The notes beneath the pieces are model-generated. The model searched no databases and was not told the DNA's origin. It saw only the letters and a list, made by a program, of their open reading frames with translations. Below, piece after piece: positions 10,518-20,381 of a DNA stretch of 64,000 nt. This stretch comes from Candidatus Bathyarchaeia archaeon (lineage in GTDB: Archaea > Thermoproteota > Bathyarchaeia > Bathyarchaeales > Bathycorpusculaceae). The stretch is taken from contig JBEKXL010000003.1 of assembly GCA_049512075.1 (NCBI GenBank), forward strand, positions 128,001 to 192,000, in the 5' to 3' direction. Numbering within the stretch: position 1 is the first letter of the stretch; every line of letters begins with the position of its first letter. The position numbers and the translations under genes are program-made.

Positions 10518-13124
10518 TTAGTATTTGCATATTTTGTAGAAGAACACCTTGCCAGCGTCCACTAGAACAAGGTACGTCGCGACCATGAGCACCAGGAGCA
10601 GCCAGTACTCTGGTGGAAGCGGAGCGAACCCCATGAAGCTGCCGAGAATGGTAAAGGGAAGTATGGTTCCGAAGGCCACGCAAGACAGTGTAAGCAAGGC
10701 AAGCCATTTTCCCGGGCGGCTCGTGAAGAAAGGTATGCGTCGGGTTCTGATGACGAACATGACTAGTACTTCTGTCCAGAATGACTCTACGAACCATCCA
10801 GCTTGGAACAGGCTTTGTGCGTGAAGCTTCACCGCATCAGTGGCTCCCGGAAGTGCTGCTGCCGAAGCACCGAAAATGAAAAGCATTATGCCGAACGTTA
10901 GGAAGTCGTACAGTGAGCTGAACGGGCCGAAGAAAAGAGTGTATTTTCTCACGAAGCTCATGTCCCAGCGCTTTGGCGATTTGACGTATTCGTCATCGAC
11001 ATTGTCCGTGGGCAGGGTCATGTTTGAAATGTCGTAGAGCAGGTTCATGAAGAGGATTTGTGATGCCAGCATGGGCTCAAACGGAAGAAAGACAGAAGCG
11101 GCAGCGGCGCTGAACATGTTTCCAAAGTTCGAGCTGGTCCCCATCAGAATGTACTTCATGGTGTTTCCGAAAATCTTGCGCCCCTCATTTATGCCGTTAG
11201 CAAGTACGAGGAGATCCTTCTCGAGTAGCACGATATCGGCTGCTTCTTTTGCCACGTCCACTGCTGTATCGACAGATATTCCCACGTCAGCCTCGTAGAG
11301 AGCTGGAGCATCGTTCACGCCGTCCCCCAAGAAGCCTACGACATTCTTGTTTGCCTTCAGAGCCTTGATTATGTCGAGTTTCTGCTCAGGCGTGACTCTT
11401 GCGAAAATCGTGGTTTCTTCCACGACCGCCTTAATCTCGTTCCAGTTCATCTGCATTAAGTCTGAGCCGACCACAACTTTCTTAATAGGAATCTTGAGAT
11501 CCTCACAGATTGTCTGAGCAACAAGTTCATTGTCTCCTGTCAATATTTTAACTGCCACTCCCATGTCATTCAGCTTGTCAAATGCATCGTGAGCATCTTT
11601 CTTGGGGGGATCGGTGAAGATAAGGAAGCCAAGAAGAGTCAGATCTTTCTCGTCTTCAACGGAGTAGGAAGTCTTGCTTTCAACGTTTCTAAAGGCTACT
11701 GCGAGAATCCGGTAGCCGAGCTCTGAAAGACTGTAGAACTTTTCGTTGATTGCCTTCTGAACATCAGTTATCAATTCGATTCTTCCACTCACGTCGGCAT
11801 ACTTGCACCTGCTGAAGACAGATTCTGGAGCACCTTTGCTGATTAGGGCGAATTCACCATTCTTTCTTACAACAACGGACATCATCCGCCGCTGATAATC
11901 GAAAGGAACCTCATCGAGCTTTCTGTAAGGCTCAGCATCGCCTTGTGCATTGATTTGCTTGGCATATTCCCATATTGCAACGTCCATCGGGTTTCCGACA
12001 ATGTTGTCTCCTATTACCGCTGCATTGCACAACAACGAATAGGTCAGAAGCTTGTGATCCTTTTCTTCACCGAGCGGGTAAACATCCTTGAGGGCTATCT
12101 TTCCTTCGGTAAGCGTGCCAGTCTTGTCGGTACAGAGAACGTTCATGTTGCCGAAATCCTCAATCGAGACCAAACGTTTCACGATGACCTTCACGTTGGA
12201 CATTCTCCTCGCTCCCTGTGAAAGACTGATAGTTACGATTGCAGGCATCAATTCAGGTACGAGACCAACGGCAATTGCAAGGGAAAAAGTCAGGGACCAA
12301 ACAAGGTCATGGCCGATTGCCGCATTTAGCGAGAATATCGAGATTGCGAGAACAATAGTTAGACTAAGAAGCATATTTCCATAGCTTTTGACCCCTTTTT
12401 GGAACTCGGTCTCAGGGTGGGTTCGGGTCAAGCTCCCTGATATCGCCCCCAACTTGGTGCGTTTACCAGTGGAGACTACAATGCCCTGAGCGGTTCCGTG
12501 AACCACCGCTGAGCCCATGAATAAGTAATTCGTCAACTGTTGAGGCGTAGGGTTCTGAATGTCAAGCCTTTCGGCCGTCTTCTCGACCGGAAATGATTCC
12601 CCAGTAAACGTTGCTTCGTTGGTCTCGAGATCCTTCAATTTCACGATTCGCATATCTGCAGGGACTAGGTCACCGACGTAAACCGAGACCAGGTCTCCTG
12701 GAACCAGCATTTTTGAATCGATTTGAGAGGATTTTGCGTCTCTGGTCACCACGGCCTTGATCGACACAGCCTGCCGAAGATCCTGAACTGTCTTCTCTGC
12801 TTTGTACTCATTGTAGAACCCCAAGACGACGGCTATGACTATCATTAATAGTATTACTATGGACTGGTCTGGCTCGCCAAAGAAACCCGCAATGGCAGCA
12901 CATGCAACGAGAATAGCAAATATGGGGTTCTTGAATTGTCTGAGAAGCACTTGGATTCGGCTAAATGGATGAACGGCCAGCTCGTTGAAGCCGTTGATCT
13001 TAAGGCGACGTTGGACTTCCTGCTCGGTTAACCCCTGCTCACTCGTCTCGAGGGATATATAAACATCCGTAGGAGGGATAGACCAATAATCTGTTTCGTT
13101 GTTTGCGGTATGTTCCTTTACCGT
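10518..13124 (-). CDS. mgtA: Mg2+-transporting P-type ATPase
   Basis: TGES, VPE, DKTGT, KGAPE, TGDN, GDGVNDA, SSNFGNMFS, NLLYD; frame extends 58 codons upstream of the ORF-track start through the cation-ATPase N-domain to a putative ACG start. Confidence 0.92.
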   Translation of the reverse strand, partial: TVKEHTANNETDYWSIPPTDVYISLETSEQGLTEQEVQRRLKINGFNELAVHPFSRIQVLLRQFKNPIFAILVACAAIAGFFGEPDQSIVILLMIVIAVVLGFYNEYKAEKTVQDLRQAVSIKAVVTRDAKSSQIDSKMLVPGDLVSVYVGDLVPADMRIVKLKDLETNEATFTGESFPVEKTAERLDIQNPTPQQLTNYLFMGSAVVHGTAQGIVVSTGKRTKLGAISGSLTRTHPETEFQKGVKSYGNMLLSLTIVLAISIFSLNAAIGHDLVWSLTFSLAIAVGLVPELMPAIVTISLSQGARRMSNVKVIVKRLVSIEDFGNMNVLCTDKTGTLTEGKIALKDVYPLGEEKDHKLLTYSLLCNAAVIGDNIVGNPMDVAIWEYAKQINAQGDAEPYRKLDEVPFDYQRRMMSVVVRKNGEFALISKGAPESVFSRCKYADVSGRIELITDVQKAINEKFYSLSELGYRILAVAFRNVESKTSYSVEDEKDLTLLGFLIFTDPPKKDAHDAFDKLNDMGVAVKILTGDNELVAQTICEDLKIPIKKVVVGSDLMQMNWNEIKAVVEETTIFARVTPEQKLDIIKALKANKNVVGFLGDGVNDAPALYEADVGISVDTAVDVAKEAADIVLLEKDLLVLANGINEGRKIFGNTMKYILMGTSSNFGNMFSAAAASVFLPFEPMLASQILFMNLLYDISNMTLPTDNVDDEYVKSPKRWDMSFVRKYTLFFGPFSSLYDFLTFGIMLFIFGASAAALPGATDAVKLHAQSLFQAGWFVESFWTEVLVMFVIRTRRIPFFTSRPGKWLALLTLSCVAFGTILPFTILGSFMGFAPLPPEYWLLLVLMVATYLVLVDAGKVFFYKICKY

Positions 13125-13243
13125 GTTCTTGAATCCGCCTCAAGTATGGTCCTCTTGACATTCAACAAGGTTTTACTGGTAATACTATGGGGCGGTATTT
13201 AGGCGTTGCGTGATGGTTCTCATGTTCCAAGTTGAGCAGACGT

Positions 13244-14029
13244 CTAGACTTGGTCGGGTTCCTCGTGGATGTCGATTCTTGCTATGCTGGGATAAGCCTT
13301 CTTGATGTCGCTTTCGAGCCTGTTGGAAATCTCGTGTGCATTCTTTATGGTGAGTTTCGAGTCGAATCGACAGTTAAGGACGACGTGGATGATGTCGCCG
13401 AATCTTCGAATTCTGATATCGCCGACACTCTTGATTTCGGGAAATCTTCTTGCAACGTCCTCGATGTATGACACAAGCTCGGTTTCGACGCCTGCGAGTT
13501 CTTTTGATATGCGCTCTGACGCGGATTCAATGTGGACGGTTACTCCAGATACGTCTGCATTTAGTGTCCTTATCCTTTTTTCAACCTCATCAGCCACATG
13601 GTGCGCTTGCTTAACCGTCATGTTTGCGCTGACCTCAAGGTGTAAGTCCACGTACAGTTTCCCGTCGACCGTTTGTATGTGTATGTTGTGAGCGCCTCTT
13701 GAGCCTGGTGCTCCTTCTGCAGCGTCTTTGACTGCTTTCCATATGCTTTCGCGTTCAGACTTGACGGGTTCTGTGTCAACGGAGATTCTAGCGTTAGGAT
13801 ATTGGGTTCGAACTTCCTTTTCAATGTCGAAGGCGATTCTGTGTGCATCTTCGGTGCTGATGTTGCTGTCTAAGAAGACGTGAACACCCACATCGAGTCT
13901 TTTGGCGTTAAGGCGCACAGTGACGTGGCGGATCCCTTTCACATCCTTTATTGCTTCGATTTTTTTTCTTATTCTCTGTTCTATCTGTTGCGGGGACCGA
14001 TCAACCAGCGGAAGGGGCAACGTCGACAT
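13244..14029 (-). CDS. soluble protein made of three tandem CDF C-terminal (ZT_dimer) domains
   Basis: Three repeats of ...AHxI/V...IE...VxVHxEP; no TM segments. Confidence 0.85.
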   Translation of the reverse strand: MSTLPLPLVDRSPQQIEQRIRKKIEAIKDVKGIRHVTVRLNAKRLDVGVHVFLDSNISTEDAHRIAFDIEKEVRTQYPNARISVDTEPVKSERESIWKAVKDAAEGAPGSRGAHNIHIQTVDGKLYVDLHLEVSANMTVKQAHHVADEVEKRIRTLNADVSGVTVHIESASERISKELAGVETELVSYIEDVARRFPEIKSVGDIRIRRFGDIIHVVLNCRFDSKLTIKNAHEISNRLESDIKKAYPSIARIDIHEEPDQV

Positions 14030-14152
14030 CTCAGCTAACCTTTTGCCCAGTGAGAATATATATCTGTTAGCGTTCCATTTCGGTCGATACAGTCAGCAGT
14101 GTGACTGATAACTTCAAGCGCAGGTAAAGTTCGAAAATTGAAGTGGTCAACA

Positions 14153-14998
14153 ATGAAGGAACCCGATTCCATAAGAACCCTGGCCAACGACAGATCTTTG
14201 ACGAAAAACATAATCAACTATGTCATATCTCGCCAAAACGTGGATGGCGGCTACACCTTTGTGGAAGAAAACGATTCCAACGCACAAGACACCTACTATG
14301 GGTTGGCAATCTTGAAATTATTGGGCTCGCCTTTTCCTAATGTTGACAACACAGTGGAATGGCTACGTGAATTCGGGTTGGGCAGCATCTACTCCTACTA
14401 TTACGTTGGTAAAGCCTTATCGCTGTGCGGTGAAGACTTAGGCAATCGTTTCCGGAAATACGTTGTCTCAACAATTGCTGCGAAAAGACATCTCGGGTCT
14501 GTAGACGTCTATTTCGAGGTCGCTTCAGAGTTTCGAGCTACTCATATGGTTCTGGACCTCGCCAACTTGCTGGGCGTCGACCCGGGCAATGACGTTGCAG
14601 AATGGCTGCTTAGATACAAGAATGTAGACGGCGGGTTTGGGGCGCACAAGCATTCTAACGTTAACTCAACGTACTATGCCACGGCTTCTCTTGATCTGTT
14701 GGGTTTTGATATGGAGAGCTTGCAAGGCACTACAGCATTTCTTAGGTCATGCGAAAAGCCTTATGGGGGCTTCACAGTTGTTCCTCACTCTTTCGCGCCT
14801 TACATGGAGCACACCTACTATGGGGTGATAGCTCTTGACGCGCTCGGAGAAAACTGCAAGTTTCGACCGCAAACGGTTGATTTTGTGCTCAGGTGTCAGA
14901 ACGGGAATGGAGGCTTCGCTCGAGCAGATCTCGGCATCTCAACTTTTGAAAACACGTTTCAGGCAGTGAGCATAGTGCAAAAACTTGCTCAGGCATGA
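14153..14998 (+). CDS. prenyltransferase/squalene-cyclase repeat protein
   Basis: Repeats QNVDGGY, KNVDGGF, EKPYGGF, QNGNGGF each followed by T(Y/F)xx. Confidence 0.8.
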   Translation: MKEPDSIRTLANDRSLTKNIINYVISRQNVDGGYTFVEENDSNAQDTYYGLAILKLLGSPFPNVDNTVEWLREFGLGSIYSYYYVGKALSLCGEDLGNRFRKYVVSTIAAKRHLGSVDVYFEVASEFRATHMVLDLANLLGVDPGNDVAEWLLRYKNVDGGFGAHKHSNVNSTYYATASLDLLGFDMESLQGTTAFLRSCEKPYGGFTVVPHSFAPYMEHTYYGVIALDALGENCKFRPQTVDFVLRCQNGNGGFARADLGISTFENTFQAVSIVQKLAQA

Positions 14999-15153
14999 AG
15001 CGGTAGCTCGCGCCCATTATCAGAATATACCTCTTTTCCCATTTGTTTGTTGCAGAACCGTGCTACTATCGTGTTTCAAGTTCCGTTCCTGCTGTTCCTG
15101 AAAAAGACTCTAGGAGTCAAAGTGCGCAAAGCTCCCTGCGTGTTGATTGCTCC

Positions 15154-15627
15154 TCAGTTTCTCTTCATGTATGCAATGGTTTTTTCATAGAGCTTCTGGA
15201 AGTGTTCTCCAAAGGTCTTGTCGCCTCTCTCCTTTCTAATAGCCATGATCCAGGGTTGCAGTTTTTTCCAGTTTGAGATTATGTAGGTATCTAGGCGGTC
15301 AGCTATGACGTCGATGTCTATGAATTTCTTTTCTATCAGGAAACCAACTTCCTCAAAGAAGGCTGTGACCTCGTAAGGATAGTCGCTCGCTTCGTAGTCC
15401 TCTGCCATTTGTGCCTTGTATTTCTCATAGTCTTCAAATTGGAATTTGTCCTCAATCCACCTGAAAGCCTTGTGAAGTCGGTCACTCTCTGCCCAATCGA
15501 AAAGCTTCAGTGAAATCTCCAGATCCCTGTGCTTCTCCATATGCTTGAGCTGAAGCAAGATGAAAACTGTTGCAGAAATGCCAGCGACCGCCGAAAGAAC
15601 AGCGGCCCAATCCGTTAGAGTAACCAA
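15154..15627 (-). CDS. membrane-anchored hypothetical protein (DUF4760-like)
   Basis: N-terminal TM helix; FFEEVGFLIEKKFID motif. Confidence 0.65.
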   Translation of the reverse strand: MVTLTDWAAVLSAVAGISATVFILLQLKHMEKHRDLEISLKLFDWAESDRLHKAFRWIEDKFQFEDYEKYKAQMAEDYEASDYPYEVTAFFEEVGFLIEKKFIDIDVIADRLDTYIISNWKKLQPWIMAIRKERGDKTFGEHFQKLYEKTIAYMKRN

Positions 15628-15846
15628 ATTTCGACCGTAACTCCTCGTAGATTGTCCAAGTTCTGTCGTATTAAACTTCGCGTCGGTAAAGGCTCTCGTA
15701 CTGACATGAATTTGCGAATTCGTTATATGGGCGAAGATTTTGGCACGGGCTTAGACCAAAAAACAAGCGTGCAAGCTCCAAACCACAAGGAATGTGGAAA
15801 ACCCATAATTCTTAAATCCCTAGGACGAAGAACTAAAGGGCGAGTA

Positions 15847-17217
15847 GTGCTGGAAACATTGGAAAGTGCCTTCAAACTAAGGACGCTCAAACTATCGGCA
15901 GTCGCGATAACAAGCGTAGTTTTCGTTGAAGTGACCATCGGCCTAGTAGTGAACAGCCTTGCAATTGTAAGCGATGGTTTGCATGCATTGCTTGACGCTT
16001 TAACTACTCTTGTCCTTTTTTTGGCAGTGCGTGAGTCTGCAAAGCCTCCTGATGAAGAACACATGTACGGGCATGAGAAATTCGAATCGATAGGCGGTTT
16101 CGTAGGTGGGCTTGCGCTTGTAGTTGTAGCATTGCTTATCATATATGAGGCCGTCTTGAAGATATGGCGTGGACAAAGTATCAACTTGGGGCTAGAGTAT
16201 GTGGGCTTCATAGCTATTGGCTACACTTTCTGCATAGATTTTTTCAGAGTCGGAACACTCGTTAAGGCGCGCAAGAGTGAAAGTGCAACAATGAGAGTCG
16301 GGTTCTATCATGCTATTGCAGACTTGAGTTCAACGGTAATAGCGTTTCTGGGATTTGGATTGGCGACTTTAGGGTTCTATTACGGAGATTCCATTTCTTC
16401 GATGGCACTTGGGGTTTTGTTGACTTACCTTAGCGTGAAGCTTGTTTGGAGCAGTGGAATGGAGTTGACGGACACGATATCAAAAGAGGTGGCGGACAAG
16501 GTCAGGCATGAAATAGTCGGAACACAAGGGGTGTGCAAGCTTGAAGCTTTAAAAATCAGAAAAGCAGGAGAAAAGACCTTCGTCAGAGCAACTGTCCATG
16601 TGCCGGACTATCTGAATCTTGAAGAAGCTCACGAATTGACTTCCAAGATAGAGTCAAACATTAGGAGCGTGTTGGGAAACTGCGACGTTGCAATACACAC
16701 TGAGCCTTGCAAGCCAGAAATCCCTACCGAAAAGCTCGTAGAGAAACTTACGCTAGGGGTTCAAGGTGTAGAACAAGTGCATGAAATCAGCACTACGCAC
16801 ACGGGTGGAAAACTGTACATCACCTTGCACGCCAACGTGGATCCGAAAATCTCAGTTGAAACAGCCCATGAGATAGCTCAAGAGATCGAGAACAGAATTG
16901 AAGAAAGAATACCCGAAGTAGAAGATGTGACCGTACATATGGAACCTTTTAGTCCCAGGAGACGAAAGGGTTCGATGGTTAACGAGGAAGAAATCAGTCG
17001 TACAGTTCACAGCATAGCAGACAACTATCGGCAAGCCTTTCGAGTCAAAGGAATAGTAACTTATGTGGCCAGAAAGAAGCTGTACATAAACATCGACTGC
17101 AGTTTCGCAAAGCAAATCTCGCTCAAAGATGCGCATGAAATGGCTTCAAAGGTTGAAGAGCAACTTAGAGAGCACTTCGCCGAAACTATTGTCACTGTTC
17201 ACATGGAACCAAGCTAG
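15847..17217 (+). CDS. cation diffusion facilitator with three C-terminal ZT_dimer domains
   Basis: SLAIVSDGLHALLD, PPDEEHMYGHEKFE, HAIAD; three VHxEP-ending repeats; start estimated at GTG 15847. Confidence 0.92.
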   Translation: MLETLESAFKLRTLKLSAVAITSVVFVEVTIGLVVNSLAIVSDGLHALLDALTTLVLFLAVRESAKPPDEEHMYGHEKFESIGGFVGGLALVVVALLIIYEAVLKIWRGQSINLGLEYVGFIAIGYTFCIDFFRVGTLVKARKSESATMRVGFYHAIADLSSTVIAFLGFGLATLGFYYGDSISSMALGVLLTYLSVKLVWSSGMELTDTISKEVADKVRHEIVGTQGVCKLEALKIRKAGEKTFVRATVHVPDYLNLEEAHELTSKIESNIRSVLGNCDVAIHTEPCKPEIPTEKLVEKLTLGVQGVEQVHEISTTHTGGKLYITLHANVDPKISVETAHEIAQEIENRIEERIPEVEDVTVHMEPFSPRRRKGSMVNEEEISRTVHSIADNYRQAFRVKGIVTYVARKKLYINIDCSFAKQISLKDAHEMASKVEEQLREHFAETIVTVHMEPS

Positions 17218-17274
17218 TCGCTCGTCCAGGTCATTGGGAAAGCCTATATTGGCAAGACTTACTTTTAGTTTGAA

Positions 17275-17979
17275 ATGAGTTCGTTGGCAATGGATAACGA
17301 CAATGACTACATATTGAAAGTGTCGAATCTTAGTGTGAGGATTCAGAACCAGGCGATCTTGGATAATGTGAATTTCAAGGTCCAGAGGGGAACGACGTTG
17401 GCTGTTCTGGGACCTAACGGTGCGGGCAAAACAGTTTTGTTCAGGACATTGCTGAATCTGGTGCCATATGACGGGAAGGTCGAATGGAAAGGAAAAGTGA
17501 AGATAGGTTACGTGCCTCAAAACATTGCTGTTGGCGATATTCCCATTTCTGTGAAAGAGTTCTTGTCGTTCAGGGACGCGTCAGATGTTCCCAGTTGTCT
17601 TGATGCGGTCAGACTTGACGGAAAAGACGTGTCGGGCAAGAGGTTAGGTATACTGTCTGGCGGTCAGTTGCGGAGGGTGCTCATCGCGTGGGCTCTGATA
17701 GACAATCCCAACGTGTTGCTTTTCGATGAGCCAACGACTGGCGTTGATATCGGCGGTGAAGAGCCTATTCTCGTTATGCTCAACGAGCTGAAGAAGAGTA
17801 AGAATATGACGATACTCTTGATAACACATGATGTGCACATCGTCAACGAGTATTCAGACTATTTGTTAGCCCTGAACAAGTGTGTGAATTTTTTCGGGGA
17901 ATCGAAGGAAATAATGAATCCGACCGTTCAAAGAACGCTCTACGGCGAGACAGTGTGCGTTGGAGCGCCACAAAGATAG
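17275..17979 (+). CDS. znuC: Zn/Mn ABC transporter ATPase
   Basis: GPNGAGKT, IGYVPQ, LSGGQ, FDEPTTGVD. Confidence 0.85.
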   Translation: MSSLAMDNDNDYILKVSNLSVRIQNQAILDNVNFKVQRGTTLAVLGPNGAGKTVLFRTLLNLVPYDGKVEWKGKVKIGYVPQNIAVGDIPISVKEFLSFRDASDVPSCLDAVRLDGKDVSGKRLGILSGGQLRRVLIAWALIDNPNVLLFDEPTTGVDIGGEEPILVMLNELKKSKNMTILLITHDVHIVNEYSDYLLALNKCVNFFGESKEIMNPTVQRTLYGETVCVGAPQR

Positions 17980-17982
17980 AAG

Positions 17983-18771
17983 GTGTTGTTTGCGTTAGAG
18001 ACGTTGATTCTTAGCTTATCGATAGGGGTTGCAGTGGGTGTTTCAGGCGGCTATCTGGGCTCTCTCATGGTATTGAAAAAAATGGCGCTTGTTGGCGACG
18101 CATTTTCGCATGTAGCGTTGCCTGGGCTTGCGCTGGGGCTTCTGTTCCATTTCCCCGTTTTCCTCGGGGCATTCGCTGTCCTCTTTGTCTCCGCCGTCGT
18201 CGTTTGGCAGTTGGGAAGGGTTACTAAGTTATCTTACGAATCTATAGTTGGAGCAACGTTCACGCTGGCGTTGGCAATAGGAATATTGATGGTGGTAAAC
18301 GGTCAGCTTGATCTACTGGAGGCTCTCTTTGGCGACATAACAAACGTGACTCTGTTTGACGCAACAACAGCGGTAGCAATTTCCATTGTGGCTATTCTTC
18401 TCACGAAGATGATTTACAAGAAACTCGTCTTGGGAATGATTTCGGAAGAACTGGCAATCTCAAAAGGCATTAGCGTCTCTAAGACAGATCTTTTGTATCT
18501 TCTGCTGGTCTCCCTCGTAGTGGCAACGGGCATAAAAATTGTTGGAAGCCTATTAGTCGGTTTCTTGGTCGCGGTTCCTGCAGCATCCGCGAAAAACATA
18601 AGTTCTAACCTACTCAAATACTCAGTCATGAGTTCAGCATTTGGGGCCATCAGTGCGTCCTCGGGGGTCTTGCTGTCAAACTATCTGAACCTGCAATCAG
18701 GCCCCATGGTGGTTATTTCTGGAATCACGATTTTCGCGGTAACAGTAGCGCTTAGATGGAAGGCAAAGTAG
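17983..18771 (+). CDS. znuB: Zn/Mn ABC transporter permease
   Basis: GDAFSHVALPG, LFGDI ABC-3 motifs. Confidence 0.88.
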   Translation: MLFALETLILSLSIGVAVGVSGGYLGSLMVLKKMALVGDAFSHVALPGLALGLLFHFPVFLGAFAVLFVSAVVVWQLGRVTKLSYESIVGATFTLALAIGILMVVNGQLDLLEALFGDITNVTLFDATTAVAISIVAILLTKMIYKKLVLGMISEELAISKGISVSKTDLLYLLLVSLVVATGIKIVGSLLVGFLVAVPAASAKNISSNLLKYSVMSSAFGAISASSGVLLSNYLNLQSGPMVVISGITIFAVTVALRWKAK

Positions 18772-18868
18772 GCGCGCGTGAAGCTTGTGTCATGAAACCA
18801 CGTCAGAGAATAATCAAAATACGAGTTCAAAGCGAGTTCCTCTAACGCGCGCGACACTGACCTAGAAC

Positions 18869-20299
18869 CTATGTGATGCTGCGGATGTTTTCCAGGACAC
18901 TGCCTAGACGGGAGACGTTCTTTATCGCGGTTCTGACGCGGTAGGGACTTTTAATCAGTCTAGCCATTTGCTTTGAAACAAAAGTTGGCCGTCGGGCAAA
19001 GTGGTAGAAGCCATCATGAATCATCCACCTTATTTCGCTGTAAGGCACTGCGGTGGGATATATCTCCGAAACTGCGATTCCTGTCTCCCAGTATTCGCCT
19101 CCTTTCAGAAGCCCCTTGGCTTCGCATTCGTCCCAGATATCAGTTCCAGGATAAACCCCCAGAATATTGAACTGCGGTACATCTATCGGAATTCTGTTTG
19201 CAAACTCTATCGTGTTTCGGATTTCTTCTCTGGTCTCATTAGGCGCCCCGACGATGAAAGATCCGACTATTATGTCAGCTCCCGCTTTTCTCGCTGTTCT
19301 TACAGCAGTTCTAGATTGTTCAGGCGTTATCCGTTTGTTGTAGTAGTCCAGAATTCTTTGATTGGCGCTTTCGATGCCGAAATAGAGGACCTTGCAGCCT
19401 GCTTTGGCAGTTTCCCAGAACATTTCATAAGAGCCATTGTCGACTCTTCCTTCGCATATCCACTCCATGTCCAGCTTTTCCCTTCTCATCTCTCTACAAA
19501 GCCTGATGACGTTCTTCGGGTTACCCGTGAAATTGTCATCCACAAAGATGAACTGCTTGTACCCCTCCGAAGCAAGAAAACGCAGTTCTTCCATAGTATT
19601 CTCGACGGATCTGGGTCTCCACCTGTTGTGAGCAAACTGTGTGCAACAACAGAATCGACATCTGTAGACGCAGCCGCGCGAAGAAACAACGCTGGTGAAC
19701 TTTCTCGGAGCTATGTTGGCTCCTGCCATTACTGAGTGGTAGTCTTCGCCGACCAGTGAACGATCTGGAAAAGGAAGGCCGTCCAAATCCTTTATCAAAG
19801 GACTGTCAGCCGTGGAGGCCACTCCGCCCTCGTTCCTGAAGCTGATTCCGAGAACATCCTTCAACCTTCCCTTGTTCTTGAGACAATCCACCAGGTCGAC
19901 GACTGTTCGTTCTCCTTCTCCACGCACGATGATGTCGACTAAAGGATACTTTCTCAGAACCCTTTCGGGATTGAATGTGGCGTAGTAGTTTCCGAAAACC
20001 ACGGTAAGGTTCGGATTTTCCTTTTTGACCTCAGCGCTTATCATCGCGGCGGTACGGCCGGAGGTTGCGAACGTTGAAAAACCAAGAATGTCAGGGTTCT
20101 CGGCCTTCACCCATTTCGCCGTCTCTTTCACTGTGAGGCCTTTCGCTGCCTGATCGAGCACGGAGACCTCAACACCGTTTTGCTCCAGCACTGCAGCCAG
20201 ATACAGGATTCCAAGAGGAGGCCAGGCGCCAAGGGATTTTTTCCTCTCGCGATCATCCAGATCTACGTTCGGACCAGCATTGACGAAAGAGAACTTCAT
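18869..20299 (-). CDS. B12-binding radical SAM protein
   Basis: PPLGILYLAA N-domain; SRGCVYRCRFC; FVDDNF; FGIES. Confidence 0.93.
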   Translation of the reverse strand: MKFSFVNAGPNVDLDDRERKKSLGAWPPLGILYLAAVLEQNGVEVSVLDQAAKGLTVKETAKWVKAENPDILGFSTFATSGRTAAMISAEVKKENPNLTVVFGNYYATFNPERVLRKYPLVDIIVRGEGERTVVDLVDCLKNKGRLKDVLGISFRNEGGVASTADSPLIKDLDGLPFPDRSLVGEDYHSVMAGANIAPRKFTSVVSSRGCVYRCRFCCCTQFAHNRWRPRSVENTMEELRFLASEGYKQFIFVDDNFTGNPKNVIRLCREMRREKLDMEWICEGRVDNGSYEMFWETAKAGCKVLYFGIESANQRILDYYNKRITPEQSRTAVRTARKAGADIIVGSFIVGAPNETREEIRNTIEFANRIPIDVPQFNILGVYPGTDIWDECEAKGLLKGGEYWETGIAVSEIYPTAVPYSEIRWMIHDGFYHFARRPTFVSKQMARLIKSPYRVRTAIKNVSRLGSVLENIRSIT

Positions 20300-20381
20300 A
20301 CGTCCACCGTATTCCGCCTAAATCTTGGTTCAAGAGTATTTTCATTGATTTCATGTGCGAGCTTCTTCGCAACGGGCGCTC

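Noticed and set aside
19001-19735. Long antisense ORFs (also 2936-3499 and 51018-51770)
   Set aside because: Shadows of well-supported genes on the opposite strand.
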